From assembly GCA_973895155.1 (NCBI GenBank), contig OZ316894.1:15616699-15680698 (forward strand): 64,000 nucleotides of DNA. Direction: 5' to 3'. The position numbers and the translations under genes are program-made. This DNA comes from Marsupella aquatica (Eukaryota > Plantae > Marchantiophyta). The notes under the pieces are model-generated. The model saw nothing but the letters and a program-made list of their open reading frames with translations. It was not told the DNA's origin and made no database searches. Below, in pieces: positions 22,888 through 34,237 of this stretch; the first letter of the stretch is position 1; the number at the start of each line of letters is the position of its first letter.

Positions 22888-25656
22888 TCAAATCTGTGTC
22901 CTAGATAAAACACCTTGAATAATCACATCCGGATAAGAAGGAATAATAGGTAGGAACGCTAAACACCTAAGCGACTTGAACCCTTGGGAAGCCGGTAGCA
23001 TACATTGCTTTGTAATCAACTGCTCCCTTAGCTTAACAAGCTTCTTCTCATATTTAATTGGAATAGCAAACCCACCAGGACAAACCCAAACATAGTATGG
23101 ATAGGGCCATGGAATTTCCGGCACAAGGGGCGGAAATGGAGCTTGAGCTCGTCGAAGCATATACACCCAACACCAAATTTCGAACTCCGAAAACTTATGT
23201 CGTCTGTCCTTATCAATGGGAGGAACCGCCTTCCCAGGTTCATATGTGCGAATCAAACTACGAATCCTCGGATGGGATGTCATTGGCAAAATCTGCTGCT
23301 GCTGCAAAATGCTCTCCATCTCCAGATGTCGAAAAGCTACTCGAAAATGTTTCTTCTCCCACCTGTGAATTGAAGCCAAATTAGGGATAGGATTTCGGGG
23401 TGGCAAATCCACTGTATGCCGAAGTCGAGGAGGTACTCTGATAATGCGAGGGTCTTCGTCTTCTTTGTCGAGGCCTTCCTTACATGGCTTGCGCCCTTCA
23501 TCCTTGGGAGCTTTCGCGACCTTCTGATGCTCGTGCTTCTTGGTCTCCTTTTTCTTCGAACGAGTAGTTGCGTAAATATTAGTCAGAACTTTATCCCGAT
23601 TCTGAACTCGATCATTCGGCATACCAACTACTTCAGGTTTCACTAAATGACTTACCAAGACATCAGGCACCACCCCGGATACTGGTTGATGAAAAAGTGA
23701 ATCTGGCTTTAATTCCACCCGATTTACATCCATATGTTGAATGAAGCTGCATTGCTCCATCTCTTCAGAATAAACCATCCGAATCTTGGCTTCAGGTCGA
23801 CTTGCTTCTTTAACTGGCTCTTGAGCAAATCGAACCATCAGCCTAGGCTTAGCCGGATTCGGGCATTCCACCGGTAAGTGTCCTTCTTTTCCACAGTTCC
23901 CACAGACAGGTGTATACCCCACCTCCTGTTTGGGATAAGGGCACTGGGGTGAATAATGATCAGGTTGGCCACAATTCCAACAAGCCCCTTTTTGACGCGG
24001 CATTCCTCGTGGTGGGTATCCTCCCGGGGGTCCCATGGGTGGTCTTGACGTTGGTTTATTGAAAGTGGGCTTAGGTGGTCCCCAAGTCGGTCTGGAAGCA
24101 GGAGGTGGTGGGAAATACTGTCCAGGGGGTGCTGTTTGGACGGTATACGTGGGATCGTACTCATACTCCTCAGCCTCTTCTTGACCATCTACATAATTCA
24201 CCGGGGTTCGTAATGTGGGGCACTCGTTCGGGTAATGGCCCTGCTGACTGCATCGGGTGCACCATACGTTCATTCTCATGGGAGCAGGCAACCTTCGTAC
24301 TGGTTTTACCGCGGCGATATTGACATTCAACTTGGACAATTGGCCAGAGAGTTCTTCCATCATGCGATCCATCTTCTTCTGGTTGGGAACTTTATTATTC
24401 CCTTTTACAGAGGATTTCTTCTTTTTAGGAGCAACGGATTCTGAGTCGGAACTTGAGCTTGAACTATCACTAGTGCTCGAATTTGTACTCTCGTCCTCCT
24501 CACTAGTGCTACTTTCACTTGATTCCGTCTCCGAGTCAGATTTAGACCTGGACGTTTTCTTCTTCTTTCTTTTGTCTTTCTTCAGGTCCTTCTTAACTCG
24601 TTTTCTCTCTGAAATCTCCGAGTCTACGTACTTCTGGGCTGCCTCTTGTACTTCTTCCAAAGTGGTGCCACCTTCTCGTCTCACGTAACGAGCAATCCTG
24701 GAGGGTAAACCGTTAATAAACCAGTCCTTGATAGTAGATTTCGAGGTAGCTGGATTATATTGATCTACCAAATCCAATAATTTGTCGGCATATTTCCTCA
24801 CAGACCCATGTTTCTTCATGTGCAGATGTGAGATTCGGGCAAAGGCACGCGCAGCTGCTCCTTCTTCTTTATATTTGGCCAAGAAAGCAGCCTTCAATTT
24901 CCCCCAATCCTGCTTGTCCGGAAAACGGTCATACCATTTCTGAGCACCCTTTTTCATTAGACCACCAAACAGATTGGCTTTTTCAGCGTCTTGACTCTGT
25001 CCATTGGATGCAGCTGCAGCTTCAAATTCTTTCAAATACACCTCTGCATCCTCCTTGGAAGTACCGAAGAACCGGTCGTACCTCACATTATTTCGAGCCA
25101 TCGTGGTTGGAGCTAGGAGGGTAACGAAAGGAAGAGCTGATCGGGTAGCAAATGGGTTTGGGCTGCCCAAGCCTGAACTGCTGCTTGTCTCACTAGAAGA
25201 CGAACCACCGGCTTCACTCAGTGGTTCTGGATTATCCAATTGTGAAAGATCGACAGAATTATCCTGGGCCAGCGATTCTGCAACTGTATTCTCGGGCAAA
25301 CCCAAATTTCTTCCTTCGGTATGAGATAAGGCCCTCTCAGTGGTACTATCCACACCAGAGTCAATTTGGTTCACCGAACGTACTGTCTGCTGGCGGAGCT
25401 TGGTCTTTTGAGAACCAATAAGTTTTGGACCTGAACGAAGATTTACAAACAGGGGTCGGGTCGACGTGGGCCTTTCCAAAGAGCCACTTGCCTCTTGAAT
25501 AGATCCCACTTGTTTCCACACACTACCCGGTGCAGGTGCTCCTGGTGACTGGAATTCGGGTAACAATGTGCGAGGGGTCACTACTAATTTTGCAGCATCC
25601 GAATTACTGGAGGTCTTGGTAGGTTTTCTTTTATTCGGTGGATCTCCCTCAGACAT
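22888..25656 (-). CDS. gag: Gag fused in frame to ~190 aa of an unknown 3'-region ORF (922 aa)
   Basis: Nearly identical to A1 Gag up to GLDKED (junction ~23456), then unrelated sequence. Confidence 0.85.
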   Translation of the reverse strand: MSEGDPPNKRKPTKTSSNSDAAKLVVTPRTLLPEFQSPGAPAPGSVWKQVGSIQEASGSLERPTSTRPLFVNLRSGPKLIGSQKTKLRQQTVRSVNQIDSGVDSTTERALSHTEGRNLGLPENTVAESLAQDNSVDLSQLDNPEPLSEAGGSSSSETSSSSGLGSPNPFATRSALPFVTLLAPTTMARNNVRYDRFFGTSKEDAEVYLKEFEAAAASNGQSQDAEKANLFGGLMKKGAQKWYDRFPDKQDWGKLKAAFLAKYKEEGAAARAFARISHLHMKKHGSVRKYADKLLDLVDQYNPATSKSTIKDWFINGLPSRIARYVRREGGTTLEEVQEAAQKYVDSEISERKRVKKDLKKDKRKKKKTSRSKSDSETESSESSTSEEDESTNSSTSDSSSSSSDSESVAPKKKKSSVKGNNKVPNQKKMDRMMEELSGQLSKLNVNIAAVKPVRRLPAPMRMNVWCTRCSQQGHYPNECPTLRTPVNYVDGQEEAEEYEYDPTYTVQTAPPGQYFPPPPASRPTWGPPKPTFNKPTSRPPMGPPGGYPPRGMPRQKGACWNCGQPDHYSPQCPYPKQEVGYTPVCGNCGKEGHLPVECPNPAKPRLMVRFAQEPVKEASRPEAKIRMVYSEEMEQCSFIQHMDVNRVELKPDSLFHQPVSGVVPDVLVSHLVKPEVVGMPNDRVQNRDKVLTNIYATTRSKKKETKKHEHQKVAKAPKDEGRKPCKEGLDKEDEDPRIIRVPPRLRHTVDLPPRNPIPNLASIHRWEKKHFRVAFRHLEMESILQQQQILPMTSHPRIRSLIRTYEPGKAVPPIDKDRRHKFSEFEIWCWVYMLRRAQAPFPPLVPEIPWPYPYYVWVCPGGFAIPIKYEKKLVKLREQLITKQCMLPASQGFKSLRCLAFLPIIPSYPDVIIQGVLSRTQI

Positions 25657-28620
25657 CCCTCATTCTCCAAGCACGGGTGATTTTGAGACACCAGACCCGC
25701 TCCTCAGGAGTCTTTATGCAAGGAGTCACCATTTAGGTGCGACGTTATCACCCCACTCCGGGAGATATGAACCTGCTTCCTCAAAGTGACTTCCCGTAGC
25801 GTCGTTCAACATCCCTTGCATGATTCCTCCCCCTTGCTATCCCGTAGCTAATACTTCCCTTCAGTGACCAGCCGAGATTCTAAAACCTCGTTTTCTCTGG
25901 TGCGTCCTTCAGGTTGAGACGCGGAAAGGCACACCAGAAGCGTCGCGCACGTTGGTTCGTCACAGATTCCACCGGACGCTGCTCACAGCGTCCACTGGGA
26001 TCGGACGCTACTCGAAGCGTCCTGACTTGCGGAATCTTCTGGGACGAATCGCATTGGACGCTCTTCGCGGCGTCCTTCCTTATCTCCTTTACGGTGGCGA
26101 TTACTGGAACCGGGCGTTCCCCATAATCTCCGACTTCCTTCACCCTGAAATTTCTTTACCACATGGTACGCTACACTAGGCCATCCTACTAATCAGACGT
26201 CTAACTCCTTCCTAATCTTCTACGCAATTCCTGGTGCATGATTCTTTCCGCTAACTCCCGAATGGAAATGACTAAATATCACTCCTGTGTGATCCTACCA
26301 TTCAGCCTTAATATTACTAAATGCAAACTTTCATCTTCCCACCAGGTGATAGTTAACCAATGTATGCCATTCCTCCCTCTCAGGCTCAGAACCCAAGAAT
26401 TAACATAACGATTCCTCAAATTCCTAATTCTTAATGTTCCCAAAGATCGGATAGGTGGCATCGGTCACACGAACCAGGATGGTTGGACAATTTTACAAAT
26501 CATACGTCCCGAGCAACGTTAGAATAACTTCACTTGTCACTCAAAGTGTCTTTGGTGTCTTCGACTATCTCCAAAGCAACTTGACGAGCAACAGCTCCTC
26601 TCTGTGAGGCCTTTTCTGGTGGAAGGGCGGTTTCTTCTCTTAAGTTTGGCACCACAAATTTTTCCAATACTCTTAAGAGAGCTTCCGGGGCGCTTTGGAT
26701 AGAGTACGGCATCACCTCGAAATGGAAGCTCTTCATCTTTTTAACTGGAGTGATGACGCATCTTCACAATTATAGTAGAACGTGAATTCCTCTCCCGTCT
26801 AGCTCCTTCTGGCATACACTGCCTGTACGTCAATTCAATCTTAAATTCGTTCCCCGGCAGCGGCGCCAAAAAGATGTCGTATAGTGCTAAGTATCAAAAG
26901 TGACTCTCCTCACCTAAAACCAGGGTTTCGATCCCTTTAAGAACAGATTTCAGAATGAATTGTATAACTTTTATCACTCCGAGTGATTTAGAGTCTTGAG
27001 CTCTATGTTGACTTCACTTCTCAATAAAAAAATCGAATAAACAAACAACAAAGTAACTGAACTTCTGATTTATGAATTAGAGAAGAAATGAGTAAGGATT
27101 TAGAGACTACAAGCTGCTACTGCCACTCCTTCAGAAAGGATTTGGGCTCAGTATAGACATGAAATCTATCTCATAATTCATCCATCTCACTCTTCAAAAC
27201 ACAAAGGTTAATGATAATGGAATTCTCAATCTGATGAAGCAGAAGCTTTCTGATTGCAAATGAATGATATGATTTAAAATGCCGTCAACATGGTTTGACA
27301 TCAGCGATACGCAATTCAGTCAAACTCTAAACCATATTCCAGAATCAAAGCAACAGTACTAACTACTCTGAGAATCAGAATTTACTTCTCATTTATCATT
27401 AACTATTCTTGAATTGGCTAGCGAATCCTGACTCTGCAAGCAAGCCTAGCAGTGAATTCAATACGAGTTTCAGAAATCTGCAACTGAATTCAATCACCAC
27501 AGGAATCTCTTGAATTCAATCTTAACTTCAATCAATATAGCTTTACTTCCATACAAAACACTCACAGCATGCCTTGTTACAATGGAAGGAGGAGAAAACT
27601 ATTCAGAAGACTCAATTCTGAATACAGTATTAACTCTATTTCTCTCTACTTCAAATGAGCATTCTACTCTGTCTTATAAGTGCTGGAATCCTAAAATGGA
27701 GGAGGTAAGAACAGTCATGCCTTTCCAAGCTTAAAACTAAACAAGGGAGAAGCACAGCATAAGTACTTCAACAAGGGTGGTAGAATACTACTTTACTAGT
27801 AATCTACTTCAAAAACTAAGTGTTGAGCGGACGCTGCTAGAAGCGTCGGGAGAATCTGGACGCTGCTAGAAGCGTCTTAAGTAAAACCAACGGACGCTGC
27901 TCACACTGCTCACAGCGTCAATACTAGGGTGGACGCTGCTCACAGCGTCGTGTGTTGAAGCTGACGCTTTCCACAGCGTCGGTCGAAATCCTCATAGAGT
28001 CTTGGTGGCGGTCGGGCACTGCCAAAAGCGTCATGAGGAGGTTGGACGCTTCCGCAGCGTCTTGAGTAAAAGAAACAGGCGCTGGTCACAGCGTCGGGCA
28101 AAGTACACTAGGAATCGTCAGGAAAGCCGGAGATGTCAAATATTTCTATAAGTGTCCAGAACAAGTAAATGTTGGCCGGAAGGTGTCTAAAGTGTAAGTA
28201 AATCTTGTGATATGCTAAAAATAAACAAGTTTCCAGAAAAAATTGCAGGGACACCCATACCACAGTTACATCCCCCACTTACACTTTACCATGCAACATG
28301 AATTATAAGACATCTATTAGGAGAAGCTTGACATTCATTTATAGTAGACTTGAGATGGCTACACCATTTATAAAATAGGCTAGACATAAACAAAACCTAT
28401 TGTATACCACTGAATATACCCAAAGTAGACTCTTGATTGTAACATTTAAACCCCAATGTTACAAAGGGGGAGTGTTGTAACTCATACTTGAGTTAAGTCT
28501 ACCTTTGGGATAACTACCTATGTAACTACCCTAACTACTTAGGCCGTAGCCACATGTACATATTCTACCAAGAGTAAAGATGGAACCAACTCTTTGTCTC
28601 ATTAATCCCACAACAGTTGG

Positions 28621-31600
28621 TTCATTTTGAGAACACTAAGGCAGATAGGAATGATTTTTAAGGAGCCATTGCAAAAAAGGAGATTATGTTCTTTGCAATT
28701 AGTGGGCAAAATTCAGCACGGGCGGCTCAATGGATTCAAGGCTGGGCTAAAACTGATGCAAAGCTCACAAATATTGCAAAGAATCTCATGCTCAGGAAAG
28801 CAAGGATTTTGTTGGACACTACGCCATCAGCAATACTTGCTGAGCATTCAAGCAGATCCAATGCAATCAATGAGGCCATGGAGTTCAAGTCGTTTTTCCT
28901 AGAGACTATCTTACATGCAAGAAGACAGTTTGTGGAGATGGGTCGTCCTCCAAAGCCCATTGTTGGTTCCAATCAGAAAACTGATAACACACGATTTAAT
29001 GTGAGTTTTCATACCCTTCTTGAGGTCAAAAAAAGTGTTTTAGACCTGAATGTTTCTATTGATCTCCATATTTTCATCAATCTTGGTGGGAGGGGCTATA
29101 CGGGATCAACCCTCTTTGTTTAGGATCTATCTAGTTGTCAACTCTAACAATCCAATTTGTTGTGTTTCTAGGAATGGGCAAAAGTTGCAATGCACACACT
29201 GAACCGAGCATCATTGAAACAGATCTATTGGTTGATTCTTGCTGATGACAATCTTTTCAGTCTTTGGAAGAAGGTATGTCAAATGTGGCTTGACTGAATC
29301 CTTCCAGATGGTGCTGGTGAGACTGGGAACAAAAGAGCAGGGAAGACAATTACTCCTGCCCCTTTCCGTTGTTTTGAAGGAGATGTGAGTGCAAAGGAAA
29401 TTATTTCAATTTTAAACTCTGTGGCAAGTGGACACTTGCTTCTCAAAAAAGATGCGACTAACAAAAGTTTCATTTCCACAATGGGAGAGAAGGCACATAC
29501 AATAAAGATATTGAGAAAGTTGAAGCTGCACATTATCCAGATCCTTGTGGATAAACACCCTGAGACCTTTGCACCGACGACCACATGGGGCTTTGCAATT
29601 AGCATTTTGCCAGCTTTGGAAAAGCCAGGTGAGTTGGATCGATTGCGGTGGGCGGCTGGAGAAGTATTTCTACAAGGGTTGTTAAAGAAGGGTGCTGCAA
29701 AGGAGGATGTTCCTCAAAGTCTTGTGTTAAGACTTGAAACCCTCTATTGTGCACGGTTTGGTGGAATTGCCCGAAAGCGAACAGAGCCTTTTGTTGCTTT
29801 TTGGAGTGAGAACTTGATGAAGACCATCAAGCCAGATGTCTTTGAGGAGAATTCTCCACAATGTCCTCTTGCAATAGTGGATTTTAGTCGAGAAAGGCAA
29901 AGGGACTGGACTGATTCCGAGCTTTTGGTTTTCTTCAACTATATTTTGGAGTTGTCTAGAAAATTGACAGTTGTTGTAGTGCTGATAGCCCTACCTGGTA
30001 TGCTTTGCACAAATATTGTGCTTGCACTCAACATGCTTCAAAGGGAGAAGAAAGTGAGTGTTCACTACGAGTATGGCAGCTATTCCACGGCACAGGGCCC
30101 CAACCAAAGGGAACATTTTGGGATGGTGCCCAAGAGCAAGTGATATTTGTTGGGCTTTCAAGTGATGAGCAAGTTTGGTGGCGAGACATTTTCAAGCCGC
30201 AAGCACTTGTGCCCACTTTTTACTACAGTGAGAGTCAAGACTGTGATTTTCTTATTCGGGATAACAAGTGTCACAAGTCAGGAGGGGAGGAGGAGAATGT
30301 CGCAGCAAACGTTGTTCAAGGGCAAAACAAATTGTCACCGTCTAATGTGCTCAAGATTATTGAGAGTGCACCAACCTATGAAATGGTTGGTCATAAAGGA
30401 GGTTTTGTGAATCCGACTGGCAAGCCCCAATGGATGATTAATGAGATCTTGAAGGCACTCTCCGTGCCAGGTGATACAATTCTTGATTTTTGTTCTGGAG
30501 GCCAAGTTCTTAAATGTTGTTTACTGTCTGCAAGAGAGTGTTTTGTATATTCGGACACACAAGCAGAGTTTGATTTCACGCAAGCATATGCAAGGATGAT
30601 ATATGAAGACGTTCTATCAATCAAAGCTTCATTTTGTTTGCTTCCATCAAATGATGATAGTTTACGTCATGAAGATCTTGGGCAAGATTATAATCTTGCT
30701 ACTTCAATTCTTCCTGCTCCACCGAGCGTTGGTGCTTTGGTTTCACAAATTGCAGATTACACAAAGACTCTGGTTGAGAGAGAGACTATCGATGGAGAGG
30801 TGATGGAGTCATGGGATGATGCAAATGCTTTTTGCTTGAACGGTGCACAAACAACTCCTACTGCCCCGTGCCCACCAAGTGCACAAAGCAGTCACGGAAT
30901 AGGAGGCCTTGGGGCTGATCTATTGCTGGAGCAAATTCCCAAAAATGTTCTTGGAGGAACGCTTTCGTCAACGGCGGATGCAGGGTGGGAATCTTCTAAT
31001 CCACTTTTGAGTGGTGAGTATCCTGGACGTGAAAAGACTGTTGGAGGTCCCATTAGTGGACTTCAAGGGGATACTCAGGAGAGACATCTGGTACATAATC
31101 GAGATGTCGAAGTAGATGTTACATCTCCAGTTGTCGATGGATTTGGTACAATAAGAGGACAATTGGAAGAAGGGGAGATTGGAAACCGAGTGCATCATTT
31201 GAGTGATGATCTCCTAACTCCAACAGGCCCACGGGATTGTCCACATATTCAAGCTATGGTGGAACAAGTGCATGTGAAGGAGAACAAAGCACCAAAAGTC
31301 CCACCAACAAAATTGGTAGAGATGGGAACGACTCAAGGAGAGAAGAAAGTACCACCAGTGATTGCAAAAGGTGGCCCGATGGATGCTAAGACGTCCAAGA
31401 GTGGCACTCTTCAGGCAGGTGCATCCATTTCTTCCAAGTCTCCTAGTTATTGTTCTTCAAATGACAAATTGGTTTTCATGTCTAGCTCTACGGGCAGCCT
31501 TGTGGTCCTACTATGATCAAAAAATCCTGGAAAGACTCTAGGAAAGACAGGGTGGGTTCGTGAACAGGCCGAGTGCACACATTTCATCTGGATAGATGGA

Positions 31601-31800
31601 CCTAAAAAAGGAGAGATTGTTTCAAGAAAAGATGCTACTGGAATATTGATTGATCCTGAGTACTTAAGGAAAGGGTACAAGTTGCAACCAGTCTTTTCAA
31701 AGCCAACTTATGTTAATGAGGCTCCCTCAGATGTCAACTATGAGCTTCAGAATATGCTAGGTGAAGCAACCATCAATGAGTATGGGTCTTTCAGCATGTA
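28621..31800 (+). pseudogene. D cargo gene, middle part: ParB-like domain end plus N4/N6 DNA-methyltransferase-like fold
   Basis: Resumes in frame after the TSD: VHFENTK..MFFAISGQNSARAA. Later NPTGKPQWMINEILKALSVPGDTILDFCSGG..ARECF resembles the beta-class HPTQKP..PGD.VLDPF.GSG motif. Frameshift near 30120. Confidence 0.68.
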
Positions 31801-32089
31801 AATGTACACTTGTACATCCTCTAAAATCCATTTTAAACTCATTCGTTAAGAGAGGTAGATGAAGAGATATCAAGTGTGAAGAAGCAGTCACGGCCAAAAC
31901 TATGCAATTCAGAAGGTATTTGGTGTGGTCATTTATTGTTTTGTCTGTTTTTTTGATGAGTTTGTCGATGGCGTTGGCTCATGACCCTCTTTGGTTCTTT
32001 ATTGGTTATTCGGTTTGATTTTGATATCAAGTGATTTGACATCTTATAGAACTTGATTGGGATCGCATTTCCAGAATATCTCCCTCTCC

Positions 32090-33087
32090 GATCAAGCGAA
32101 AGCTACTAATATTGGACCTGAACAAAGTATTGTGTGACACCACAATTCTTTGGCAGCAAGACCATCCACCATTTGATGTCAAGGCTGGTGACCATGTGGA
32201 TAGGCAAAAGGGTGGTACCTATGTTTATACAGAACACCCCGGATTCATGCATTTTTGGAGTTTGTTTTTGAAAAATATGATGTAGGCATTTGGACTTCTG
32301 CGAGCAAATCTCGTGCATCTCGGATGATGAAGATTTTGTCCACTACTCAAGAGAGGCGTCAATTGAGAAATTTTTTTTTCAAGAAGATACGACTGACGCA
32401 TGCATCTTAAGACCAGATGGGAGATGTAATATTTTTATGAAGGATTTTCAGAAGGTGTGGAGAAAGTTTGGAAGTTTGTATGACGGTTCAAACACCATTC
32501 TCATTGATGACTCCTGATGGAAGGGATTTCTTAATCCCAGTTGGACTCAGTTAATCCCTAGTGCGTTCACGCGAGAAGAAAAGTTTGATGATTTTCTCAT
32601 GGTAGTTTTGGCACCATATCTTCACAAGTTGACACTGGCTTTCGACGTTCGACTTTTTTTGTTTGAGAATCTTCCAAAGTGGTCGTACAAAAATTATTGT
32701 ACACAGTGGGAGATTAGTCCCAATCTTCATGACCAAATTCATCAGAAACATGGGAGCAAAATGCATGTAGACATTTGGAAGCATACTGTCTTTGATCTTA
32801 CCACGGAGGAGATCTCTTGGGTCCATAGGGATGCACTAATGAAGGTACATTTAGTGGATGATTTGAGTTTGAAATACTCTATGATACCAAACATCTTTTT
32901 TGGACGGCACTATGTAGGGCCTTACAGGGACAATCTAAATATGTTTTTTAGCGATATAATTTTTGTTAGGGACACCACTACAAAGTTTAGAATTGATGGT
33001 CCGGAGAATAAATGCAATAGAGATATGAGTGTGGATCAAGAAGGTAAACGACTGACCTGCTCAAACCAATTTTGTTTTATGCATTAA
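32090..33087 (+). pseudogene. FCP1/NIF-like HAD phosphatase domain (cargo of D), frameshifted
   Basis: KRKLLILDLNKVL..PGFMHF..YDVGIWTSA..FMKDFQKVW..NTILIDDS. Confidence 0.75.
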
Positions 33088-33099
33088 TTTTTGATTTTG

Positions 33100-33567
33100 T
33101 AGAAGTTGCTTTTTTTGTTTTATATAGGATCAACCCTCCAAGGTTTGGTCGGATTAGAATTGTAAAGTATATAAAGTTGTATTGCAAAAAACCATATTCC
33201 TGGAAGGGAGTAGACAATTTAAATATTTTATTTTCAAATAAGTTGCTTTCTTCCATTCAGGATCAACCCTCCAAGGTGTGTCCATATTAGAATTGGATAG
33301 TTTGTAATTCCAAGAAATATATCCTTGAAAAGGAAGAGGCAGTTTAAATATTTTTTATTTTTGGAAAAGTTGCTTCCTTGGTTCTATACAGGATCAACCC
33401 TCCAAGGTGTGGCAGGACTAGAATTGGATCTAATTGTAATGCAAAAAATAATATTCCTGGAATGGAATAGCGGGTGTGAATATTTTATTTTGAATAAGTT
33501 GCATTCTTGGTTCTATATAAGATCAACCCTCCAATGCGTGGCCAGATTTGAATTCGATAGTTGTAAT
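33100..33567 (+). repeat. ~131-bp tandem repeat (4 units) near the right end of D
   Basis: GGATCAACCCTCCAAGGT recurs at ~33127, 33260, 33391 and 33521. Confidence 0.8.
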
Positions 33568-33909
33568 AGGGGGTCTCAATTATGAGACCCCGGTCCGCCA
33601 AAACGGGCCTGGGGTGACGCCCACTACAAGGGCCCTGGGCACCGCATATTGACTCTACGCAAGGAGGGGGGGATTTTGAGACGGTCTGCATTGTCCTTAT
33701 TTTTCTCGGGAGAGGAGAGGCAGGCGCGGGGAGGGAGGCAAGGCAAGTCGCGACTAAACGACTGCCAAACGGTCATGGGATAACGTTGACTCCCGGGCCA
33801 GATGTGTGACGACCAGGGTTTTGGACGCCCGCACACTTTTGGTGGACGACCATTTTGGGCCTTAACCAGGCAGCCCGTATGGGCACGCGAGCAAATAATT
33901 GAGACCCCT
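33568..33909. mobile_element. ~342-bp GC-rich MITE
   Basis: TIR GGGGTCTCAATTAT..ATAATTGAGACCCC with a (T)AAT duplication; splits one tandem-repeat unit. Ends uncertain by 1 bp. Confidence 0.8.
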
Positions 33910-34237
33910 TAATGTAAAAAACAATATTCATGGCAAGAAAGAGACAATTAGAATATTCATAAAAGTAATTGAAAGTGTTTCTGGTTTTGGAAATGATTCC
34001 AATATGTATGATATAGTGCCACTCACATTTTTAATTTATTTTAATTTTAATTTTAATATATTAAATATATTAAATATATTGATGTAAAATGTGTACTATT
34101 GGAGGGAAAAAAATGGACATTTGGGTCCAAAAAGTGTACATTTGAAGAGAATTGTATGGATATTTTGATCCAAAAAGTGTACTTTTGGGACTCAACTTTT
34201 GGATTTTCAATTGTTCACTTTTAATGAATAGTCTGAT

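Larger units (their letters stand above)
20932..28264 (-). mobile_element. Element A2: complete-ended, internally deleted (non-autonomous) copy of family A
   Basis: 1390-bp LTRs at 20932-22321 and 26875-28264 (I see one difference, near 28077), TSD GTTAC, PBS 26851-26868, PPT AAGTGGAGGGCTA at 22322-22334. No RT, RNase H or integrase. Confidence 0.96.
15270..28615 (+). mobile_element. Element C: non-autonomous Ty1/copia-type (Bianca-like) LTR element, ~3.0 kb without nested B1 and A2
   Basis: 143-bp LTRs at 15270-15412 and 28473-28615 (TGTTG..CAACA, apparently identical), TSD GTTGG, PBS CGTTATCAGCACGA, PPT AAAGGGGGAG at 28463-28472. Confidence 0.92.
6472..34237. mobile_element. Element D: large cargo-carrying TIR DNA transposon (DUF7869/Sola-like), ~14.4 kb without element C and its nested inserts
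   Basis: TIR ATCTGACTATTCATTAAAAGTGGACAA versus right-end reverse complement ATCAGACTATTCATTAAAAGTGAACAA. TSD ATGT at 6468-6471 and 34238-34241. Removing it restores the tnpD frame. Confidence 0.92.

Noticed and set aside
33622-33632. CACTACAAG as a CACTA terminus
   Set aside because: Internal to the MITE, with no partner end or subterminal repeats.
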